This document shows, in pieces, positions 43,562-55,681 of a stretch of DNA of 64,000 bases. This DNA is from Spironucleus salmonicida. Its lineage: Eukaryota. Location: contig NC_090596.1 in NCBI RefSeq assembly GCF_000497125.1, positions 1,364,001-1,428,000 on the forward strand, written 5' to 3'. Position 1 is the stretch's first letter; every line of letters starts with the position of its first letter. Made by a program: the position numbers and the translations under genes. Below the pieces are notes generated by a model. It saw only the letters and a program-made list of their open reading frames with translations. It searched no databases and was not told where the DNA came from.

Positions 43562-46090
43562 TCACTTCTACTAAACAATCTCTCCACTTTAAGTACATAA
43601 ATTACCAAGTGCATTTACCAGATTTGCATTCATAACAACTCCAGTTTTGGCAGCACCTGCTTCACTTATAGGTCCAAACCCAACCAGCTATGTGTCTACA
43701 TTATTTGATAATTTTAATCCTAAGCTTTAGCTAATAATACTACGTGGTGATATTTAATTATTTACTACCAAATTATCAAGTTTGCTAATTTTTGCTTAAT
43801 TTGTCATATTTTAGCAAGTAAGTGATAATAAAACAGCAGTAGTAGTCGTAAGGTCTCCGCCTAAGTCAGTAACATCAATTTGCTACATAACTACATTTTA
43901 TGGTAAAGTTAACGCTTAAGCAGTTATTTTTAGAGGATTCGCTGTAACAATAGAGTTAGCAGTAACTGAAAGACATGCTGTACACGTAAATACTGTGGCT
44001 GCAGCATTAATAGTTAATGGACCTATTTCTAATTTATTCGCAAAATTGGTACCAGTTTGAGAAAATGTTGAGGTTGATAGGCCCGCATTATTAGCAGTGA
44101 CATTAGTTGTTGACAGTGTCTATAAATTAAGTTAGTTAATGGTTGAATTAGTAGTAATCGTTAGGTCAGTGACCACTAATGGGCCTGTGAGTACTAGAGG
44201 TCGGGTGAACTCTAAATTTTAGAATAGTGTATTTTAACAATTAAATTCAGTCCTAGAAAAGATATCACCAACAACACTAAGAGCTTAAAATTATACCAGA
44301 TTGCCGTTAAAATTGATATATGATGTGGACGTGATAGTTACGTCAGGTACCGCTGCACCTCCTCCTGGGGATGGAGGTAGAGTAATTGCACATCCTTAAC
44401 AATTCAATGTTGACCTTTCAAATCTTAAAAATGGTAAATCTGTTGGTTACGAAATTGGAAATGCTGTTTATGGAACAAAAGTATTAGTTTGAAGAGTTGT
44501 AGCTGTAATTTATTATGAGATGAGATTGGTGACTGTAACAATACCATTTGTAGATAAACTTGAAATTCTTGCCTATCCTTTAACTATAAGTCCAGCCCCA
44601 CCAATACGCGCTGATTAAACAGTTAGCGGTGACGAAAGTGTCAAACTTGATGTAGTCAATGTTTGTTAAATATTTACTTATTATATATTCATATTAGCTG
44701 TGCGTCCAGGATTCTGTACCGGTCCGCCAAGCTGCATTGTAACAGAACTAATATTGTCAACATTTAAAGTTTTAACATTTAATGTTCCAATAATTAACGG
44801 CTAATTTCCAATTGCAGCTTATGCACAAAATGCAGGCAAATTTATTTCTCTGAACCGTGCATTTTTAATATCTACTCTATCAAATATTAATGTTCCGGCG
44901 TATAAGCTAGCGGTATTTAATGCGTTTAAGCTCACTATATCATCTATTTTTTAATTTGAAACAGATCTAACCTGCTAAATGGAATTCATAAACACAGCCA
45001 TATCGCCTGGTGTCTATACTTACGGTAATCCAATAAAAGATTATTTTTTAGTAATAACATTACCTGCTGTGAATGTATTGTTCATTTGGAAAATCAAAAC
45101 GCTGAGTGTAATAATGCAGGTCAAAAATCCAACAAATAGAAAAGCCAAAATTATATATACACAGCAAGTGTAATCATTAACTTATATTTTTGATTTTTGT
45201 AGCTCTTACTTTTCAACAATTACTTCTTCCACTTGTTCATCACCCCCTAACCTTGAAGATGATAAAATTGTGCTCTAAGGAACTATTTCCACGTTTCCTT
45301 ACGTCATTTCACTGAATTTACGTTACAAATCTATATCCAAAAAGCTTTAATTGAACCAAATTTATAAAATTTTATCGCCTATTAATTCTTAAATTTATTT
45401 GTTTTAATTTTTAACGAAATCAATAGATTTTTATTTTTTCAAAAATGTAAGCTAGCTAATTTTATTCCTGTATGTTTGCGTCATTTAGCTTCCTGGCATA
45501 CTTTCAAGAACAAAAATTTCTTCTGAATTACCCGCAGAAATCTTATCAAAATCAACAAGAATTGCACTAAAATTTTGGTCTTTTTATGTATAAACAGCAT
45601 TTAAAAAATAATTTTAGCCCTAGAATGTGGTTTTAAGGGAGTTTATTGCACTAGTGAAATAGAGAATTGGTGTTTATGCTGTTTTCATGACTTGAGAACA
45701 GTTTTGACAATTTCTTTAGGTTGGCTTAAAGGTTATAATTTCTTCATAAAATCCACATCCACAAGCTAGTTTTTCAGCAAAAATAGGACGCATAATTTCG
45801 TCTGGAAGTGATTAAATTAAGTTTTTTACTGCTTTTTATGGGAGTTAGTTCTCAACATATGCATCTAAAAATGTAAGATTTACTTCTTGTGAGTTTTGAG
45901 CTTTATTTAGCTACGAAAGCCAGCTATTTTCGATAGAATTCGTTGGCGTAATTTGGAAATTTAAATTTATGCGCTTAATGGTATTGAAAAGAATTCTAAA
46001 GAATAAGGATGAAATTTGAGCCCCTTATGTAGTATACGATTGAGCTTAAATGATAGATGACTAAGGATTCAAATACGATTTTCCAAACAT
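43562..46090 (-). CDS. Single-pass membrane protein with a Thr/Asn/Val/Ile-rich beta-repeat C-terminal region, 842 aa
   Basis: Continuous frame; CGCG...CQNC N-terminal domain; TM segment CCVYIILAFLFVGFLTCIITLSVLIF near aa 310-335; then repeats such as GTLNVKTLNVDNI and LTTSSLTLSSPLTV. Confidence 0.7.
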
Positions 46091-46299
46091 TATAACTGTA
46101 AACTTTAGAGTATATCGTTATTATATAGTAAAATGAAATATTTATATTTAAAGGCATTCATAAGAAAAAGTATAATACTATATAATATTTAGATAATTTT
46201 CTAAATTTCTAAGTACTAGTGTAAATTCGCTAAAATTGCAGCAATCGAACTAAATCACCCCCACGGGCCCAACTATACCAAAAACCCAATAAAAATCGC

Positions 46300-47700
46300 T
46301 CAAACATCCAAATAGCCCCCACACTCACCGCAGCCGGTCATGAAGTAGCCGCCCTGCTTCAAATCCTTAGCAGCGTAAAACTCGTCCATCTGCCCCATGA
46401 AGTTCTCGGCGTCCTGGACGTGCAGGAGCGCGATCGCATTTCCGCCCAAACCGACGCCGCAGAGATGCGCACAGAACGCGCCCGCAGCCCTGGCAGCCTT
46501 CACGACCTCATCGAGCTGGAAGCAGGAGCACTCGAAGTGCGTTTTCAGGCTCTCCTGGGAGTCGTTTATCTGCTCAGAAATCTGCGTTAGCGCCCACTCC
46601 GGCGTGTCCAAACACGACAGCGCCTTCTGGAACTGAATCGCTCTGTATGCCTCGGAAAAGACGTGCAGGGCGCGTGGCCGCACCGAAAGCGTGAAATTTT
46701 CAGAAATTTTTCCGCTTTCTCCGAGCAAATTCTGGCCGTTTTGGGTGAAAATTTGGTCGAAAAAGCTCTCGAAAGACTCGAATTTGAGCAGATTTTGGAG
46801 CTCTTTGAGCGAGATTTTTTCGGGTAGTTCCTGGGCCAGACAGAGCATTCCTGAGGGGCCGAATTTGCCGTACAGCGCTTGTGTGGAGGGGAGGGGAAGG
46901 ATGGAGTGGAAATCTGTTTTCTGGGCCGTCAAAATGCAGGAAACTGCAATGATTTCGGCGGTTCTGAGATTCTTGAAATCTGTCAAAACACGTCGGTTCT
47001 GGGTCGTGAGACTGCTCAAACAGGCGCAAACGACGCCTGGAATGAACTCTAAGAATTCACTTTCAATTTGGTTTTCCACTCCTTTGAAAATTTGTATCTT
47101 TCCTTTTTAACTCGTAAGTATGACTTTAGCGTCGTTCGGATTAGCGGTTTTGAATGTGGATTTTTCAATGTCAAAAACGGATTTTGCAAGAAGTTTAGGA
47201 TTAATTATTTCAGTTTAAAATGTTAAAAATGCAAGTGCTGAAGCGCAAATAAGCGAAGTTGATGCAGCCAAGTTAGCTTAAACAGGGAGATTTGAGCTAA
47301 AAATGAGCGTTATGGTCCCAGAGAGGTCTAAGTTAGATGTAGAGCGAGCCGCTAAAAGACCTAATTTAACATATAATGGCCAAGCAATAATAGTAGAATC
47401 AATATCATTATTATATTAAAATGAGGAGTTTTCATATTTTTCGTCTAAATTGATGATTCTAACGATGTTTTCTCCTTCTTGATGTGCTACAGCAACACTA
47501 ATATCTGTTTCTGTAGCGATTGATGCCGTTTAGTAGCCGTTATAATCAGTATGCTCAGCTATAATATTGATACGGCCAGGTGTTCTAACAAAAGTTTTGA
47601 TAGTGAGATTAAGTTAATCAACTTTTTATTATAGTAGAGTATACCTCTATTAATTGGTTTCTACGTCTGAGTAAACATATTCAATTTTTGTGGCGCTCAT
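46300..47700 (-). CDS. Divergent galactokinase/GalNAc-kinase-like GHMP protein, 466 aa
   Basis: RTPGRINIIAEHTDYNG signature; RALHVFSEAYR, FECSCFQLDEVV and HLCGVGLGG resemble GALK2/Gal1. Confidence 0.85.
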
Positions 47701-47755
47701 TCAACTTTAGGAAAGAGTAAATTAAGCAAAATTAGTAATATTATATAAATTCACA

Positions 47756-48808
47756 TCAAATATAGCTTCTAAGGTTGCTTTCAAGTAAACCCTTTCTAAA
47801 GTCGTCAATTGTTTGCTCCAGTTCATTTTTGATGGTTATTAAAGCCTTTTCAGTATAATTTTCCTCTATTTTCATACATAAATCGCATATTTTTACCACG
47901 TGTTTTTAACAAAAAATAGTAGGAAATAAAAAATTAAAAACATCGTTTATTTCGATTTTTTAAATTGCAAATTCACTTTAAAGTGAAATTGCTAAAATAG
48001 TCTACTTCATATTAAATATAACGCTAAATATTCGTTTACTGAGACATATAAACCCATTTAACTTCTACTTAATTCCTTATAACACACAAAATAAGTCTTT
48101 CAAGAACACTAACCTAACTCTTTCACTATCACTAATATGTAATGCTTAATAAATAATCTTAGATAGTTCTTTGTGTAAACCAAATGTAAAATAACGAATT
48201 ATTGAAAACTCTTACTTTGAGTCAAATTACGGGTTTCCCAACTCTACTAAACTTGCCTGTTTGTATATTTCTAGTAGAACTTTTTATCTACTCGAGTCTG
48301 GTAATACAGCACTCATAAGTCCTTTCTTTAACTCTTAGAAAATGGGCGCTATTTTCATTAGTTCATAAACTGGCACAGGGAGAGAAAGATCAAAGTTGTT
48401 ATTAAGATATTACTTTTAAGCATTGATAACATAATTTTTTATATTTATAGTATTAAATAATTCCGATTTTAATAAATACTGGATAAAGTCGACACACTCT
48501 TTTATTTATATATTTATCAACATAAAAGCTGGAAGTTATACTGTGAAGTGATGATTAGCAAATGGTAATAGTGAGGATATATAATTAAGTATAAATGAAT
48601 TTCTAATTTATGAGTTAAGCAGGTTGAGTGTTTCTGAAGTTCTAACCTGAGTTTCAGCTTAAATCAAGTTAAGTGTTTTTGATTCTGATGTAGATAGAGG
48701 TAGCTTATCTAGCAAAACATTATCAGCATTATTAAAATTATGATTTCTAGAAAAATATGTTATTTGGTGTTCATAAGGATACTTTTCCGTAATAATATGC
48801 TCTAGCAT
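47756..48808 (-). CDS. Hypothetical protein, 350 aa
   Basis: MLEHIITEKYPYEH...ESNLRSYI*. Confidence 0.6.
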
Positions 48809-48948
48809 TATTTTATAAATTATATTCTATGGAATATATAAATTAAAATATTTTTTAAATATGGAACGTACTTTGTAAGTTTTATTTATGAATAGTTAGT
48901 TAGTCCATTGATATATTAAATACAAGATAAAATATAGATATATACAAA

Positions 48949-49248
48949 TCATGACAACAATTTAACAACATTTTCAAAAACGGTCAATAGTTCTTCTTTG
49001 TTTAAATCAGGTTAGCCGCCTTATATAATAAGTTCATCGCATTGTACTTAATTCAATATCATTTTAGACAAAATTGAATATGAACTACCACATTCTCCAT
49101 AAACTACGTCAAAGTTATGAATTTTCTTATTTAAAGACGAAGTAGCCATATTATAAAAACATTCTGTTTTAGTGAATGCTAAGTATATTGTATTCCGGAA
49201 AACTTAAATAAACCCCTTAAAATCATTTTAGAAATCAATCTGAATCAT
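48949..49248 (-). CDS. Small protein, possibly proteasome assembly chaperone 3 (PAC3/PSMG3)-like, 99 aa
   Basis: FIQVFRNTIYLAFTK...FDVVYGE...YSILSKMI resembles the PAC3 pattern; similarity judged by eye only. Confidence 0.4.
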
Positions 49249-49356
49249 TGTAAAGGAAAGTATTAATTATATATCATAATAAAAATATGTAATTAATATA
49301 TGTTTAAATTATTATATTCTTTTATTAGTATTTACAAAATCACACTTCATACAATC

Positions 49357-50532
49357 ATGGATAAACTTGAAAATTTACTTGTCCGTTTAGAGTCTGCAGT
49401 TACTACTATAGAATTATCAGCAAAAGGAGAACTAGTCGCTGATAATCAGGCATAAGTAATAACAGCGTTGTAAAAGTTAATTACGGGATTTACTAAAGAT
49501 TTTATCACACTTTCAGTACGTGTTGGCACAACTGTAGGTAAAACAACCGAAATTGTTTGCTAGGCTTTAGAAATAGGTCTCAAACTTGTTACAGAGATTT
49601 ACAATCGCTTACCGCTCGTAGAATCATAAATTAACGATTTTTATACTCCATTAACTAGCATATGTAAATATCCTAGACCTCCTTTAGATCACTAAGATAA
49701 CTTTTGCAAAGCTTTAGAAAAAATACCAGACTTATTTTTCTTTATTACTGATAATAGACCTACTGATTGGGTTAAGGAAGCTGTCAGCTCCGTTGAGTTC
49801 TACAATAATAGAGTAATTACATCTAAAAAACATGAACTGTCATAAGAATGGTCTTCAAAACTTACTGCATTTTTAAAATCTATAGTATCTGTAATTGATA
49901 CTGAATTTTAGAATAGAAAAATACGTTTTGTAGGGTCAGCTGGCGCTTAGTCTTTACCAGTCCCTTAAATACATACATCGCCAGATGTGTAATAATAAGT
50001 ATAATAAAAATCGCAGTAGCCATAACAGTCGAAACCTAAACCTCCTTCAAACGTATTTTAAGAAGATAGAAATCTCCATGCAATAGATAACTAAATATCT
50101 GGAACTATAGAAATTGATGGTCAGTTTAAGCATTCCGTATTCATTAGTAACTGCTCTAATACCAATATTATAATCAAAGGTAAGATAAACTCAGTTACTA
50201 TAAATCAATCCTCTAATACTGCTGTTTTGTTATAATCTTGTATATCATAAGTTGATATCATTAGGTCAGATAACATTAGAGTATAAGTATCCTCATTTTC
50301 TCCCACCTTTAATATTGAGAATTGTGACACAATTAAGTTATTTTTACATTAAAACTGTAAGGACAGTGAAATTTTGACCTATTATGCAAGTGGAATTAAA
50401 ATTATTGAACTCGTTGAAGTTGATGGTGAGTTCATGGGCGGTGAGAATGAAGTTGATCTTCCTAGTCATTTCTAACATCAGTGGAGTGGTAAAGGTGTAA
50501 AAACACAGGCTGTAGAGGCATGTGGTGAATGA
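49357..50532 (+). CDS. CAP: Adenylyl cyclase-associated protein (CAP/Srv2), 391 aa
   Basis: N-terminal LLVRLESAVTTIE (RLE motif), EFYNNRV, and C-terminal CARP beta-helix IKGKINSVTI. Confidence 0.9.
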
Positions 50533-51276
50533 AATACTGGTTTTCTATCTAGATTGTCTCATATTTTATCTAAGTCGCCTGAAAAATTATGATTATATCT
50601 TATCACTTTAATTGCTTATAAATATAACTAATAGCAATTTAATATACTATTTATTAAATATTTATTAAAATACATTTAATTTTAATATAAAACTCTGTCT
50701 ATGAGTTTGAAAAGAAGATTTTGATATTATGACTTATTAATGTTAAAAATAATAATTTCTATACGGTAACAAAATTATAATATAGAAAGCCAAAATCTAC
50801 TATTCATCACTAAGTCTATTTTGATCTTTAATTTTTAAAATAGGAAAAGGTATATGAGTTATGTTTAAATTTAACTGAAAATAGTTATTTTCTTTCAATT
50901 ATTTGCATAAATCTTTTGTTAATACTTGTTTATAGCTCTTAATATTTAAAACTCGTTTTTCAATTGTTTCTGAATATGCAAAACTATCAATTAATAATAT
51001 CGGTTGCATATTCCAATAAAATTAACATGTTCTAGATGGACTGACTGTGTTTAACGAAATTTGATGTTAATAATTTCTGAAATATAATCATGATTATATT
51101 TTTGGTGAATTTAAAAGATAAAATAATATTTTGTAACTAAGATGGATTATAAATCTCTGTAATTTTGTTAAGGTTTTGAAATAATTTAGCGTTTTAAAAA
51201 TAATATTATAATATTTATGCTTTGTATTATAATAATATTATATTGTTTTTTACATTTCCTCCATTTTGTATATAAA

Positions 51277-52470
51277 ATGGGAGTTAAATCCCTTTTACAA
51301 CAAATACCAGGACCTTAGTTTTTAACAGTAAAGCGATTATAAAATATGCGTCTCGCAATAGATGGTCATTGTATCCTTCACAGGTGTTGTATGTTCGCAG
51401 CAAAAAGTATACTAATACATAACGACATTAGCTCTACTGTTAAGTACGTAATATCTTATTTAGAAACATTATTAGAATTCGCATCAAAAAGATCAATTTT
51501 AATATTTGATGGGGGATGTCTGCCTTCTAAAGATGCTACAATGCAAACTAGATAAGACAATAAAATATTTCATTTAGCTGAAGCTAAAAAACTTTTAAAC
51601 TTAGGAAAATCACCAGGAGACCATTTAATAAAAGCATTCTCAATAAACTCAAGTTAACTTTCTCGTATTTAAGTGGCTTTGTAATAAGTATTTCCAGATT
51701 TAGTTATATTTCAAAGCCCGTGTGAAGCAGATGCATAACTCGCATTTTTAATTAATTCTAATCTTGCGGATGCAGTTGTAACAATTGATTCAGATCTCCT
51801 ACTTTACGGTCCTAAATATGCTATTTTTAAATTTGATTAAAAAACTGGTGATATTGATTTTTTTGAGAACGAAAATATCTATACATAAAAATTATAAGGA
51901 AAGGATTTTATTTATCTTCAAAAATTAGCTGTGTTAGCAGGCTGTGACTATGTTCCTAACCTTAAAGGTGCTGGATGGGTCAAAATTTGGAAAGTAATTA
52001 AAGAAACCAATGGAAATTTATTGTAGTGCCTTACTTTGCTGGGTGACACTAAAGGTGTTACTTTACCTGATAATTACATTAGTCTTAACCATGTAGCTTT
52101 TGATGTACTTAAAGCGCTATTAACTTTTCGTTATCATGTAATATATGATCCTATTTCATAGGTTTTTAGATCAATGTATGAGGTTTCTTAAGAAGATTAA
52201 AAACTACTATAAATTATGGGAAATAAATTTTTTGGTACTGAAAATGATGATTAAGACTATTGTTTCAAATTTGTAACGGGGGGATTGTAGGAAGATCTCG
52301 ATGTCAAGGAAGTTTAAAAAGTATTGAAATAGTTTGCTTAAGATTCGTTAAATATTGTTCATAAACTTCCGAAACTACCTAGTATTTTTGATTTATTATA
52401 AATATAAAATATCCATGATGGCGTAATATCAGGTGAAGGTTTCAGTTTTGATTTAACTGTTTATTAATGA
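51277..52470 (+). CDS. EXO1: Exonuclease 1 (XPG/Rad2 nuclease), 397 aa
   Basis: MGVKSLL, AIDGHCILHR, IFDGGCLPSK, SPCEADAQLAFL, TIDSDLL and LAGCDY. Confidence 0.88.
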
Positions 52471-52510
52471 TTTTATTATTTTGCTATAATAAAATTTTAT
52501 ATAGAATCAC

Positions 52511-52939
52511 TCAATATCGCATACTATAATAAAAATTTATATCTGCCTAAGAATCTTTCATCATTTAGTTTAATTTTTTCATCTTCTTTTAAATTAATAA
52601 ATATTCTTAATCTATTTTTTCAGTCTACAAAGTTATTTCCTTTATAAATATTGATTATTTATGCAGTTTATGTTATAAAACATTAAGTTTATTAACAAAT
52701 TTAGATTCTTCTAAAATTTCATCATTAATTTCTGATAGATTATACGTGTATGAAACCTCAAGTTTTTATTCTTTAATATCAGGAAATAAGTCTACCAGCA
52801 ATTCTTTCTTTTGAGGAGTCCTAGCGGTTAAAAATGAATTTTATATATCTTTCGAGCTTATATTTACACTGTTAAGATTTAGTTTGGTCACAAGGTTCCG
52901 ACCTTTGAATAATTTCACGTGATTTATTGTGTTTATCAT
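52511..52939 (-). CDS. Hypothetical protein, 142 aa
   Basis: MINTINHVKLFKGRN...YYSMRY*. Confidence 0.5.
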
Positions 52940-53378
52940 TTTAAAAAGAGAAATATAATAATAATTAATAATAATTTAGTTTAACTATATTGATAAATAA
53001 ATAAATTTTTATCTGAATTAGCACGCTCTGGTAAATTAATTTAGAAGAAACTGGTTTTATTTTGAAAACTGTTTTTTAAAATACTTAATACTAGTTACAG
53101 TTTAATAATATATTTATATATTATGCTACTTCATAAAATTGTATAAGCTTGAGGTAGTTTTTATTGACAAAATATTAGTAATCTAACACTAGTTTCACAG
53201 AAATATTAAACAAACATTAGCATTCTGCTGTTGTTAACAAAACTAAAAATTATCCTAAAATAAGTAGCGTGCATAGGTTAAACTTATTTTGATGGAAAAA
53301 TTTCTAATAGTTTAGCTAACACTAACATGCAAATTTCACCCAAACTATGAATAAATGCTATATTAAAAATATTAAAAA

Positions 53379-53933
53379 TCAATCCTCGATAATCTATTCA
53401 GATTCTTTTTCCTTCCAGATCTCATATCCAGTTAAACGGGGATGAATTTGATGTTACCACATATCCTCTTCAATGAGCGTTATCTAATGCTCCTTAACGT
53501 ATAACGAAAACCATTCATTATATGCTTCTTTTGTACATGGTTTTCCAGGCATTAATCCGTGGTTAATTTCAACTTATTAATCTTCTTGTGATTATTCTGA
53601 ATCCTCTGACATTTCTGGAACAAAGTTATCCTCATCAACAGAGGATACTAGTTAATAAATATAGCCCTAAACATCATTAAGAAATTAATATTATAAAGAT
53701 AGCAATCTATGTATCAAAGATTTTGTGAGACCATCATTCAAGCCAACGGGTTAAATTTCGATAATGAGAGGCTCATTAGGATATTAAGGTGTAAACGTGA
53801 TATTATAATCAAATTTACAATTATAGAAATTAGATTCGTATGTAAATTTTATGCTATCTTCTTCATACAAATCAAATGTTTCATAAAATATAGACTACAA
53901 AGCCATTGATTCCATTTCAGCTATTTCATTCAT
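53379..53933 (-). CDS. RWDD1: RWD-domain protein, RWDD1/Gir2-like, 184 aa
   Basis: EMESMALQSIF and FTPQYPNEP (RWD); GKPCTKEAYNEWF and RLTGYEIW (DFRP region). Confidence 0.75.
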
Positions 53934-54003
53934 TTTAATAGAAAAGGAATGTATTATGTTCTATAATTATATTCTTATAGAGGTGAGTTAAATATAAACA
54001 TAT

Positions 54004-54579
54004 TCACTTTTTAATTTAACCATATTTGGAATGCATTGGTGATCGATTTTTTGAGTTATCTGTGTATAAAGAATTTAGAATACCAATTTTATTTGTCTTC
54101 TACATAGCTTTCCACTTTGGGGCTCCAATTAGCTCCGTTAATTTTTTAAAATTTTATTCGTCATCAACTTTTTTCTTATCTTTAGGCTCAATAAACTACA
54201 ACGTCTGATCTTAGCTAACATATAAGTTTATATCACTTTCAAATAGATTTTATGTTTTTGGGATATTTTTTTATTGGACCGAAAACAAAGAATCATTATT
54301 TTCATATGGAATATAGCTTACATCTAAAGGATTTTTGAGTTCAAGACAACTTGTTTTTGGTGATTCTTTTGAATTCTATTATGAAGACATATCTATTTCA
54401 TTTTGCGATTTTTATGATTTTCTTGAGACTTTTATTTAAGACTATACATTAACTGACATAGGAATTTATTTTATAACTTGCTATATGGGTTTTGGTTGCA
54501 TAGCTTTAGTCCCCGTTCTTGAAATAGGACTTAAAACTTATTGTGGACGCTATGTTAGCTATTTTTGCGGATTCATCAT
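54004..54579 (-). CDS. Hypothetical low-complexity protein, 191 aa
   Basis: MMNPQKQLTQRPQQ...YGQIKK*. Confidence 0.6.
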
Positions 54580-54673
54580 TTTAATAGTATTATAATAAAT
54601 AAGAATTATTCATATATTTTTATAAATAAAAAATTATAACTTAAAATATATATAAGATTTATAAATTTATAAA

Positions 54674-55159
54674 ATGGATTAATTTACATCTTTGTTTTAT
54701 GGAGCTATCGTTTCATAAATTTTAGAAGATGTATAAGATCCTGTGGAGACAACTAAGATATTACATAAGTTAGGTTAATAGATGGGTGAAAAAATGGCGG
54801 ATTATTATTTTACAATGGTTTTACTAAATAACTAGGATTTACCTTAATGTAAATAATTTATATAAACATCTGATGGAGTAGTATAGTATTTGTCATTTAT
54901 ATTAGGTGTTAGTTGCATTGTTTCTTCGTAGGAAGAATTATCGTATTAAATTAAACTAGAAGAGAATCCTTTTGAGTCTTTTGTTAAAGTTCCAAATTAA
55001 CTTACGGGTCTATGTTATTCCACTGTTATTCCAGGGGCAATTTCAGGAGCATTAAAAGCTGTCGGATGGAGTGCAACAAGTTCAATTATATAGAAGGATA
55101 GTTCATGGATAATAGATGTAAAAAGAACTAGCTCTGTGTTGGACATAGCTGGGAAGTGA
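54674..55159 (+). CDS. BET3: TRAPP subunit Bet3/TRAPPC3, paralogue 1, 161 aa
   Basis: LFYGAIVSQIL, LHKLGQQMGEKMADYY, ENPFESFVKVP and LCYSTVIPGAISGAL. Confidence 0.85.
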
Positions 55160-55171
55160 TGGTTCGGGTAC

Positions 55172-55669
55172 TCACACGGCCAGCTCCTCGACGATTTCGG
55201 CGGTTTTGGTAATCGTTAATGTGTCCTGCTCGAAGGTCACCACAGTGGCCCAACCCAGCGTTGTAAGCGCACCCTGCACGGCACCGCACATGATACTATC
55301 TGGCTTGATACTATTAAGATGTCTTGGGAGCACCATCTCTGCTGTAATGGGATTACTCTTGATAGAGATCACCATTACCGTCTGTGTCGCACTGAGCAGG
55401 GATATGCCATCTTCACCTGAAGATACGTCCTTTATAGAACTTGAAAACTATGTCAAGAAATATCGCATGGCGAGAGCAATACCGTTTCCAGCATTTTCGA
55501 AACTACGACAGCTAGTAGGGACCTGTGACAGGAAAATCTCGACAAGTCTGGCGCCGAGTCCCTCTCCCATGATCGTCAGCTGCTAGTTGATCTCTTGAAC
55601 ATCTTGTAAGTTGGCGACAGTCTGCTGGAGTACTGCACCGAGAATTATTGAGGGAATCGAACCATTCAT
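55172..55669 (-). CDS. Bet3/TRAPPC3-like paralogue 2, copy a, 165 aa
   Basis: IILGAVLQQ...EINQQLTIMGEGLGARLVEIFL...SCRSF...SNPITAEMVLP...IMCGAVQGAL. Confidence 0.8.
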
Positions 55670-55681
55670 TTTGGCTTTGGA

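Noticed and set aside
50540-51270. Long AT-rich gaps (also 17490-17980, 42930-43560, 52945-53375)
   Set aside because: No convincing ORF, tRNA or structured RNA was recognised by eye; small genes cannot be excluded.
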